Assembly: GCA_963724395.1 (NCBI GenBank)
Contig: CAVRUK010000005.1
Span: 211,737-275,736, forward strand
Source of the DNA: an uncultured delta proteobacterium
Lineage (GTDB): Bacteria; Desulfobacterota; Binatia; Binatales; Binataceae
DNA: 64,000 nt
Direction: 5' to 3'
The translations under genes were made by a program, and so were the position numbers. The notes below the pieces were generated by a model. The model did not search any database. It was not told where the DNA came from and worked only from the letters and a program-made list of their open reading frames with translations. Below are positions 20,648 to 27,600 of this stretch, in pieces. The number at the start of each line of letters is the position of its first letter. Position 1 is the first letter of the stretch.

Positions 20648-21365
20648 AGGATTGCTCGACGCGTTTATCGGCGACGGGTCGATAACCGACGTCCTGTACG
20701 TGGTCCGCAGCGGGAAAGAGGCTACTGTCTATTGCTGTCGCGGCGCGGCCGCGTTCGGAGGCGGGCTGGTCGCGGCGAAAGTCTACCGGCCGCTCGAACG
20801 CCGCAATTTCCGCAACGATGCGATCTACCAGACCGGCCGTGACGCCGCGATGGAAACCCGCACCCGGCGCGCGCTGGCGAATAAAACCCGTCACGGGCGC
20901 GACGTGCAGTATGGCGCCTGGATCAACGCCGAGTTTCAGACCATGCGGATGCTCTATGCGGCCGGGGCCGACGTGCCCGAAGTATTTTCGCGATCGAATG
21001 GCGCGATCCTGATGGAATACTTCGGCGATGAGGAGGGCGCCGCGCCGATGCTCAGTCGCGTCACGCTGCCGCGCGAGGGAGCGGACCTGGTTCTGCGGCG
21101 AATTATCGACAACGTCACGCTATGGCTGACGAACCATCTCGTGCACGGAGACCTGTCGCCATACAACCTCCTCTACTGGGAGGGAAGAATCGTCGCGATC
21201 GATTTTCCGCAAGCGGTCGACCCGCGGATCAACCCGAGCGCGAAGGAGTTGCTGCGCCGCGATCTGGAAAGCGTTTGCGGCTATTTCACGAAATACGGAA
21301 TCCGCGCGGACGCAGCGAGAATCGCGAACGCGCTATGGGCAAACTACCAGACCGGGCGGTTGTAA
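20622..21365 (+). CDS. RIO1-family atypical serine protein kinase
   Basis: SGKEATVYCC (P-loop-like), AAKVYRP (catalytic Lys), RTRRALANKTRHGR...AEFQTMRMLYAAGADVP, LMEYFG, LVHGDLSPYNLLY and AIDFPQAV are the RIO catalytic and metal-binding motifs. The start is taken at MTTALEID. Confidence 0.85.
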   Translation: MTTALEIDEGLLDAFIGDGSITDVLYVVRSGKEATVYCCRGAAAFGGGLVAAKVYRPLERRNFRNDAIYQTGRDAAMETRTRRALANKTRHGRDVQYGAWINAEFQTMRMLYAAGADVPEVFSRSNGAILMEYFGDEEGAAPMLSRVTLPREGADLVLRRIIDNVTLWLTNHLVHGDLSPYNLLYWEGRIVAIDFPQAVDPRINPSAKELLRRDLESVCGYFTKYGIRADAARIANALWANYQTGRL

Positions 21366-21383
21366 TGAGAGGACCTTCTCCGG

Positions 21384-21419
21384 ATCCTAACCTCTCCTTG
21401 TCTGAGGAGAGCTTAGGAT
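21384..21419. terminator. Long hairpin between the convergent RIO kinase and lpxL genes (bidirectional terminator candidate)
   Basis: ATCCTAACCTCTCCT-tgtctg-AGGAGAGCTTAGGAT has 14 of 15 positions paired. It shares the CCTAACCTCT motif with the REP-like elements. Confidence 0.5.
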
Positions 21420-21422
21420 GGC

Positions 21423-22382
21423 CTAGTAGAAGCGCGGTTCGCCTTGGGGGCGGGTTTTCCAGCGGCGGTGGATCCAGTTCCAGTGATCGGGATGCTCGCG
21501 GATCATCTGCTCTACCGTGTCGGAGTAGAGCTGCGTGTACTGGCGCACCAGCGCCTCGCGGTTGCGGGTCTTCTCGGGAAAGAAAGCGGGCAAAATTTTG
21601 ATCTTGTGATGAACCGTGTCGCCCTCGCGCACCATGAACGCCGGCATCACCGGAGCACCGCTCGCCAATGCGATGCGCGCGACGCCGTCGCTGGTCGACG
21701 CCGGCATCCCGAAGAAATCGACGAACACGCCCTTGCGCACGTCGAGGTCGAGCGCTATCGCGATCATCCAGTTCTGCCGCAGCATCCTCATCACCTCGCG
21801 ACCGCCCGCCTTGCGCTCGATGATCCGGTTGCCGTATTTGACGCGCTCGGCGCGGATGGCAGCGTCGATGAGCGGATTGCGCAGCGGGCGGTGCACGATC
21901 GCGAGATGGTAGCCGTATATCGAGTGCGCTATCGGGAGCAGCTCGAAATTTCCGAAGTGCGCCGTCAGCACCAAAATGCCGCGACCGTTGGAGCGCCGCT
22001 CGGCTTCGTCCCAATTCTCTTTGCCCTCGTAGGTGGCGACCTGCTCGATATTAGCGCGGCTGAGCTCGGGCAAGTGGGTCCATTCGGCCAGCACGCGGCC
22101 CCAACTGCGATACATCTTGCGCAGAACATCAAGGCGGCCGGCAGGAGTCATCTCGGGGAAAGCGATTTCGAGATTTTTGAGCGCGATCGGCCGGTTGGGA
22201 CGATCGAAATTCATCGCCCATCCGCCCAGGCGTGCGCCCGCGCGGACCGCGCGTTCCAATGGCATCGCGCGCAGAGCTGCGGTGACGGCGGTGATGCCCG
22301 TGTATTCGATGCGGGCCTGAACGGGACCGATTTGCCTGGCCATGAGGGATCGAGGATGGTCCGAGAGAGCGACGGCGCGCAA
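21423..22382 (-). CDS. lpxL: Lipid A biosynthesis late acyltransferase (LpxL/HtrB family)
   Basis: 319 aa with LTAHFGNFELLP (the HX4D/E acyltransferase motif), FVDFFGMPASTSDGVARIALASGAPVMP and a C-terminal HPDHWNWIHRRWK. Confidence 0.82.
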   Translation of the reverse strand: MRAVALSDHPRSLMARQIGPVQARIEYTGITAVTAALRAMPLERAVRAGARLGGWAMNFDRPNRPIALKNLEIAFPEMTPAGRLDVLRKMYRSWGRVLAEWTHLPELSRANIEQVATYEGKENWDEAERRSNGRGILVLTAHFGNFELLPIAHSIYGYHLAIVHRPLRNPLIDAAIRAERVKYGNRIIERKAGGREVMRMLRQNWMIAIALDLDVRKGVFVDFFGMPASTSDGVARIALASGAPVMPAFMVREGDTVHHKIKILPAFFPEKTRNREALVRQYTQLYSDTVEQMIREHPDHWNWIHRRWKTRPQGEPRFY

Positions 22383-22442
22383 GCGTCGCGCCAGGAGGAA
22401 GGGAGCGACCCTTATTTTAGTGCAGCGCGGTGGATGGCTGGT

Positions 22443-22487
22443 AACCTAACCCCTAACCCCTTCCCATAGTGGGAAAGGGAATAATCG
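22443..22487 (+). repeat. REP-like hairpin element, copy 1
   Basis: AACCTAACCCCTAACCCCTTCCCatagtGGGAAAGGGAATAATCG, 14 nt downstream of the secretin stop codon. Confidence 0.7.
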
Positions 22488-22500
22488 CGCATGCGGTTAG

Positions 22501-25236
22501 TTACGGCGAGATGCCGGGGGTTACTCCCGCCGCGACTCCTGACCTGGTTGCGTCGAGCGTGGTCGACGAGGCCGCGATTCCGCCGCCGGTATCGGGGCTG
22601 TCGGCGCCGACTCGACCCGCGCCCGCATCGAACGGCGTGACTGTCGCGCCGCCGCTGGTGGCATACCGCCCGGCCGACGCCGAGTACGGCGCCGCGCTGG
22701 CCGCTGTCGCCGAAATCGTCGACGATGCGGGCACACTGATGGTAGTTGGCGCTGATGGCGCGGAGGAGTTCATCGAGGTCGGACCGATCTCAGTGGTGTT
22801 GAAGGGAGTTTCGCCGCTGCTGTTCGGCGCGGATTCGTATGCTGCGCCCGGATTTTCGGGTCCCGGAGGCGCCGCGGGACCGCCATACGGCGCGTTCAAG
22901 TCGGCCGCTGGAGAAACGGGAATCGAGAAGCTCGGCTTGTAGATTTGCTGAATCTGCGAGGCGGGCATGTCGTGGATTTCCTTGCGGCCCAGCGAATTTA
23001 CGAACTTCTGGCGCTCGTCGAGGGCCAGCTCGCGCAGCTCGCTCCGATTGCGAATGATGTGCGGCGTCAGGAAGACGATAAGGTTGTCCTTCTGCTTGTC
23101 TGTCGACTTGCTGCTGAACAGGTTGCCGATTACCGGGATGTCGGAGATGAACGGAACGCCCTGATTATCAAGCGTATCCTGGCTGGCGAGCAGGCCGCCG
23201 ACTACCGCTGTGCGATGGTTCTGGATCAGCACGCTGGTCGAGGCGGACCGGATAGTGGTGGTCGGACCGAGCGTGTTGTTCGCCGTGCCGTTAACGACGT
23301 TGGAGACCTCTTCATAAAGGTCGAGTTTGACGTAGTCGCCCTCGGAGACCTGCGGCACGATATCGAGCGTGATGCCGACGTTCTGGCGCTGGACGGAGTT
23401 GAAGATCTGCCCGGGCAGCCCGGCGTTGGCTGAGGCCGAACCGACGAAGGGCAGGTTCTGACCGACGACGATCATCGCTTCTTCGTTGTCTGCCGTGAGC
23501 AGGGTCGGCGCGGAGAGCACGTCAGCGTGAGTGTCGGTCTCAAGCGCCATCAGCAGCACAGCATCGCAGGGGAGATTTATGTTGCCGGTGGGGGTGGTGG
23601 TGGTCGTCGTCCCGGTGACGGTGGCAGCCATCGCCAGCGCCGCGGCAGAAACCGGGCACACGCTGTTCGACGCGAGGCCCAGGCCAAGCCCAGTCAAACC
23701 GAGCGGGTCGGCGAGCGTGTTCTGAAGCTGTCCGAAATTAAGCGAGCCGAAGCCGAACGCTTGTCCTCCCCCGATGCCCTGCGAGTAGAAATTGATGCCC
23801 AACTGGCGCTGGCGCTCGGCCGACACCTCGACGATGACCGCCTGCACGAAAATCTGCACGCGCGGCGTGTCGAGGTCGTCGATAATCTGCCGCAGCGTCT
23901 GCCAATCCTGCGGCGACGCGCTGATAACCATCGCGTTGGTGGCGGGATCGGCGGTGATATTTACCGGGTAGGAGAAATCTATGTTCTTGCCGGCGGAGCT
24001 GGCGGACGCCGGACCGGTGCCGGAGCCGCCGCCGCGGCTGAGCATCCCGCCGCCGCCGCTGCCGCCGCCGAAACCGCCGGAGCCGTTGGTGCCGCCGAAA
24101 GCGCCGCCGGAGGAACCGCCGAAGCTGGCGCTACTGCTCAACCCGCTGCTACCGCCGAATCCTCCCCCCATTCCGCCGAAGCCCGAACTGCCGCCATTGG
24201 CAGCGCTATTGAAGCTGGACCTGCCCAGCGAACCTTTGCCGGTGGTGGGAGTGAGCGTGCTCGGGCCGCTGCCGCCGTTGAGCAGGTTGTTGAGCACCTG
24301 GACCATCTCGAGCGCCTGCGCGTTCTTGAGCCGATAGACGTGGATTCGCGACGTCGCCAGCGGCGGATTGACGTCAAGCTTTTGTACTATTTCCTGGATC
24401 TCGCGCATCTGGAGCGGCGGCGCCAGCACGATCAGGCAATTGGTGCGCTCGTCGGGGATTACTTTGTAACCCATCCCAGGCCCGGTGGCTGATGGCGCGA
24501 CTCCACCCATCTGCGGCGGCCGTATTCCCATCTGCGAGCTGCTGCCGGGCGTGCCGCCCATCTTGGCGGTCATGAGCGCGTCGATCTCGGGCGCGAGCTC
24601 GGTGGCAAATGCGAGCCTGAGCGGGATGACCACGATCGACTGCTGCTCGCCGCGCACGTCGAGCGCGCCGATTATTTGGAGCAGGCGCTCGACGTTGTAC
24701 GCGTCGTCGGTGACGATGACGGTGTTGTCGCTGGGAAACGCAGCCACCAGGCCGTCGTGCGAAATCATCGGCTGGATAACGCCGATGATGGAAGCCGCGT
24801 CGATATTCTTGAGCCGCACCATCCGCGTGACATACTCGTCGCCCTTGGTCTCGGTAGGCACCTGCGATTCCGTCAGCGCGGCAGAGGAGCGCACGTTGCG
24901 CGCGGGCACAATCTTGATGATCTTGCCGGCCTGGACGGTAGTGAAACCTTTTACCTGGAGGACAGATTGAAAGATCGAGTAGGCTTGTTCGGGCGTGACC
25001 TTGCTCGGCGAGATGATTGTCACCTTGCCGCGCACCGACTCGTCGATGATGAAGTTGCGGCCAGTGATCTCACTGATGAATTTGGCGAGAACGGGAATAT
25101 CCACGTTCTGGAAGTTCATCGTGATGGTATTCTGGGGAGGAAGATCGGCGGAATCGGTAGCGAAGGCAGAGGACGGAAGCGTACAACCAACCAGCAGCAG
25201 CGCGGTAAAAAACGCCGCAGCGAAAACACGGTTCAT
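22501..25236 (-). CDS. gspD: GspD/PulD-type secretin with a Gly/Ser-rich insertion and a long disordered C-terminal tail
   Basis: Signal peptide MNRVFAAAFFTALLLVGCTLPSSAFA and an N0 domain (ITMNFQNVDIPVLAKFISEITGRNFIIDESVRGKVTIIS). N1-N3 repeats follow. The secretin core reads VLSAPTLLTADNEEAMIVVGQNLPF...NVGITLDIVPQVSEGDYVKLDL...VVGGLL...GVPFISDIPVIGNLFSSKS...NLIVFLTPHII. Confidence 0.9.
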   Translation of the reverse strand: MNRVFAAAFFTALLLVGCTLPSSAFATDSADLPPQNTITMNFQNVDIPVLAKFISEITGRNFIIDESVRGKVTIISPSKVTPEQAYSIFQSVLQVKGFTTVQAGKIIKIVPARNVRSSAALTESQVPTETKGDEYVTRMVRLKNIDAASIIGVIQPMISHDGLVAAFPSDNTVIVTDDAYNVERLLQIIGALDVRGEQQSIVVIPLRLAFATELAPEIDALMTAKMGGTPGSSSQMGIRPPQMGGVAPSATGPGMGYKVIPDERTNCLIVLAPPLQMREIQEIVQKLDVNPPLATSRIHVYRLKNAQALEMVQVLNNLLNGGSGPSTLTPTTGKGSLGRSSFNSAANGGSSGFGGMGGGFGGSSGLSSSASFGGSSGGAFGGTNGSGGFGGGSGGGGMLSRGGGSGTGPASASSAGKNIDFSYPVNITADPATNAMVISASPQDWQTLRQIIDDLDTPRVQIFVQAVIVEVSAERQRQLGINFYSQGIGGGQAFGFGSLNFGQLQNTLADPLGLTGLGLGLASNSVCPVSAAALAMAATVTGTTTTTTPTGNINLPCDAVLLMALETDTHADVLSAPTLLTADNEEAMIVVGQNLPFVGSASANAGLPGQIFNSVQRQNVGITLDIVPQVSEGDYVKLDLYEEVSNVVNGTANNTLGPTTTIRSASTSVLIQNHRTAVVGGLLASQDTLDNQGVPFISDIPVIGNLFSSKSTDKQKDNLIVFLTPHIIRNRSELRELALDERQKFVNSLGRKEIHDMPASQIQQIYKPSFSIPVSPAADLNAPYGGPAAPPGPENPGAAYESAPNSSGETPFNTTEIGPTSMNSSAPSAPTTISVPASSTISATAASAAPYSASAGRYATSGGATVTPFDAGAGRVGADSPDTGGGIAASSTTLDATRSGVAAGVTPGISP
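23985..24285 (-). repeat. Low-complexity Gly/Ser-coding tract inside gspD
   Basis: Encodes GGSSGFGGMGGGFGGSSGLSSSASFGGSSGGAFGGTNGSGGFGGGSGGGGMLSRGGGSG. On the + strand it appears as ccgccgccg runs. Confidence 0.8.
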
Positions 25237-25397
25237 GCGATCTCCCTCCGTCGCTCGGATCAAAACGTCGTGAGCATATTTCACGACTGCCGCACAGCGC
25301 AACCTGGAATCGTTGCAAATGTCACAAGGCTTCGCGACTATGACGATCACCGGCCCGATTTGATTCAATCGAAGACAAAAACAGGGTGCTTTACACC

Positions 25398-25438
25398 GAT
25401 TTGTTCCCCTTCTCTCGAAGGGGTTAGAGGTTAGGTTG
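25398..25438 (-). repeat. REP-like hairpin element, copy 2 (inverted relative to copy 1)
   Basis: Reverse complement reads AACCTAACCTCTAACCCCTTCgagaGAAGGGGAACAAATCGG. It lies in the divergent gspD / lolCE intergenic region. Confidence 0.7.
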
Positions 25439-25460
25439 GCTCGCGCATGAGGATTACGAG

Positions 25461-26741
25461 TTGCGCTTCGAATTCCTGATTGGGCTCCGATACCTGCGTG
25501 CGCGCCGGCGCGAGCGATTCGTGTCGCTGATCGCGATCATCTCGCTGGCCGGCATCACCATCGGGACCTTCACGCTGGCGGTCGCGTTGTCCGTCATGAG
25601 CGGCTTCGAGAAAGACTTGCGCGCGCGCCTGCTCGCGTTTACCCCGCAGGTAACCGTCGAGCGAGCCGACGGCGGAGTGTGGAATCCGGCCGCGCTCGAG
25701 AAGAAACTCTCGGCGATGCCGGGTGTGGTCGCGGTCGCCCCGTTCGTCACCTCGCTGGTGATGGCAGTCTCGAGCACGGAGTCGGGCGCGCCCGGCTTCT
25801 TCGCGGGCGGAACTCTGCGCGGGGTCGAACCGCACGACAATCCGGTGCTCAAGGAATTAAGCGACACTTTGGAGAACGGCTCGCTCTCCGACTTGGAGAC
25901 GCTGCATCCAGTGACAGTGGTCGACAAGGGCGTCAAGCGCGACGTCGATTTGCCCGGCGCCATCCTCGGCAAGGATTTGGCCTTCGAGCTGGGCGTGAAG
26001 CCTGGCGACCCGGTCGTGCTCATTTCCCCGACCAGCCTCGGAGCGGGTATCGGGCCGCCGCGCCTGAAGCGATTCGTGGTGGCGGGATTTTTCCACTCGG
26101 GCATGTACGACTTCGACTCGACGCTGGTCTTCGTCGCCTTGAAAGACGGACGCGCGTTGCTGGCCGACGACGCGTCGCTGGAAAGCGGGCTCGAACTGCG
26201 GCTGGTCAACATGCTCGACGCGCCGGCGATGCGCGCCAAAATATCGGCGCTTGCGGGGCCTGAATTCGAGGTGACCGATTGGACCACGGCCAACGCGCCG
26301 TTGTTCTCGGCGCTGGCCCTGGAGAAGCTCACCTACTTCCTGGTGCTGCTGCTGATCGTGCTGGTGGCGGCTTTCAATATCGTCGCGACCCAGGTGATGG
26401 TGGTGATGGAGCGGCGCAAGGAAATCGCGATCGTGCGCACGATGGGTGCGCGGGCGGCTTCCGTGGCCTCGATCTTTTTGAGCCAGGGCGCGGTGCTGGG
26501 CGTGCTCGGCACGGTGCTAGGGGATGGGGCAGGTTTCGTCACGGCGTACCTTATCGGCAAGTATCACTTGATTCATCTGCCGCCCGACATGTTCATGTTG
26601 AGCAACGTGCCGGTCGAGCTGAAACCACTGAACTTCGTCGTGATCGCGGCGGCGACCATCGTGCTGTGCCTGCTGGCATCGATTTACCCGGCATTGCAGG
26701 CGGCCAGGCTCTCGCCGGTCGAGGTGATTCGCTATGAGTGA
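25461..26741 (+). CDS. lolE: Lipoprotein-releasing system permease (LolC/LolE family, FtsX-type)
   Basis: MRFEFLIGLRYLRARRRERFVSLIAIISLAGITIGTFTLAVALSVMSGFEKDLRARLL, a large periplasmic domain and three C-terminal TM helices. The start codon is TTG. Confidence 0.88.
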   Translation: MRFEFLIGLRYLRARRRERFVSLIAIISLAGITIGTFTLAVALSVMSGFEKDLRARLLAFTPQVTVERADGGVWNPAALEKKLSAMPGVVAVAPFVTSLVMAVSSTESGAPGFFAGGTLRGVEPHDNPVLKELSDTLENGSLSDLETLHPVTVVDKGVKRDVDLPGAILGKDLAFELGVKPGDPVVLISPTSLGAGIGPPRLKRFVVAGFFHSGMYDFDSTLVFVALKDGRALLADDASLESGLELRLVNMLDAPAMRAKISALAGPEFEVTDWTTANAPLFSALALEKLTYFLVLLLIVLVAAFNIVATQVMVVMERRKEIAIVRTMGARAASVASIFLSQGAVLGVLGTVLGDGAGFVTAYLIGKYHLIHLPPDMFMLSNVPVELKPLNFVVIAAATIVLCLLASIYPALQAARLSPVEVIRYE

Positions 26742-27468
26742 AGCTCGACGCGCGGCGCCATCGACAGCGAAACCGAAACCCGCGAAGGGGCGTCTTATCG
26801 AGGTGCGCGGCCTCGACAAGACATTCTACGACGCCGATCGCGAGGTTCGCGTGCTGCGCAAACTCGATCTGAACGTCGAGGCGGGCGAGGAAATCGCCGT
26901 GGTCGGACAATCGGGAACCGGCAAGTCCACCCTGCTACACATCATCGGGAGCCTCGAGGAGCCGACCGCGGGCAAAGTTTTTTTCGAGGGCGAGGATTTG
27001 TTTGCGCTCGACCAGAAATCGCTGGCGGAGTTCCGCAACCTGGAGCTGGGCTTCGTGTTCCAGTTCCATTACCTGCTCGCCGACTTTACGGCGCTGGAAA
27101 ACGTGATGATGCCCGCACTGATCGGCAGAATCGACGACGCCGAAGCGAGCCGCCGCGCGACCGAGATGCTCGAAATCGTGGGACTGGGCGACAAGCTCAA
27201 GCGCCGGCCGGCCGAGCTGTCCGGCGGCGAGCAGCAGCGCGTCGCGGTGGCGCGCGCCGTGGTCCTGCGGCCCAAGCTGCTGCTGGCGGACGAGCCGACC
27301 GGCAATCTCGATCCGCATACGGCGGACGGGGTGCACGAGCTGTTTCACAAGCTCAATCGCGAGCTGGGAATCACGCTGGTGATCGCGACGCATAACGAGC
27401 AGTTGACGCGCAGCGTAGGCCGCGCGCTGCGCCTGACTGAAGGCAAGCTGGTAGACGAACGCCGGTGA
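26734..27468 (+). CDS. lolD: Lipoprotein-releasing system ATP-binding protein LolD
   Basis: Walker A (GQSGTGKST), ABC signature (LSGGEQQRVAVARA) and Walker B (LLLADEPTGNLD). There is an 8-nt overlap with lolE. Confidence 0.9.
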   Translation: MSEARRAAPSTAKPKPAKGRLIEVRGLDKTFYDADREVRVLRKLDLNVEAGEEIAVVGQSGTGKSTLLHIIGSLEEPTAGKVFFEGEDLFALDQKSLAEFRNLELGFVFQFHYLLADFTALENVMMPALIGRIDDAEASRRATEMLEIVGLGDKLKRRPAELSGGEQQRVAVARAVVLRPKLLLADEPTGNLDPHTADGVHELFHKLNRELGITLVIATHNEQLTRSVGRALRLTEGKLVDERR

Positions 27469-27478
27469 GGGGGAACAG

Positions 27479-27523
27479 AAACCTAACCCTTCCCCCTTCC
27501 GATTGTGGGAAGGGGAACAATCG
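27479..27523 (+). repeat. REP-like hairpin element, copy 3
   Basis: AACCTAACCCTTCCCCCTTCCgattgtGGGAAGGGGAACAATCG, with an 8-bp stem at 27493-27500 / 27508-27515. It lies between lolD and bamA. Confidence 0.7.
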
Positions 27524-27600
27524 AGATTAGCCGATTCTGCGGGCTCGGTTTACATGGCGGGACCGATTGGCTAGTTTGGTCGCGTTTTTGGTGTGTCTGA

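Noticed and set aside
22447-22460. Telomere-like CCTAACCCCTAACCCC (CCCTAA-type) repeat
   Set aside because: There are only two units, embedded in a hairpin-forming intergenic element that recurs with variants lacking the second unit. The context is a bacterial chromosome, so it is not a telomere.
22469-22942. 157-aa + strand ORF at the 3' end of gspD
   Set aside because: It is antisense to the Pro/Ala/Ser-rich tail of the secretin. Its sequence is low-complexity, and it begins inside REP-like element copy 1.
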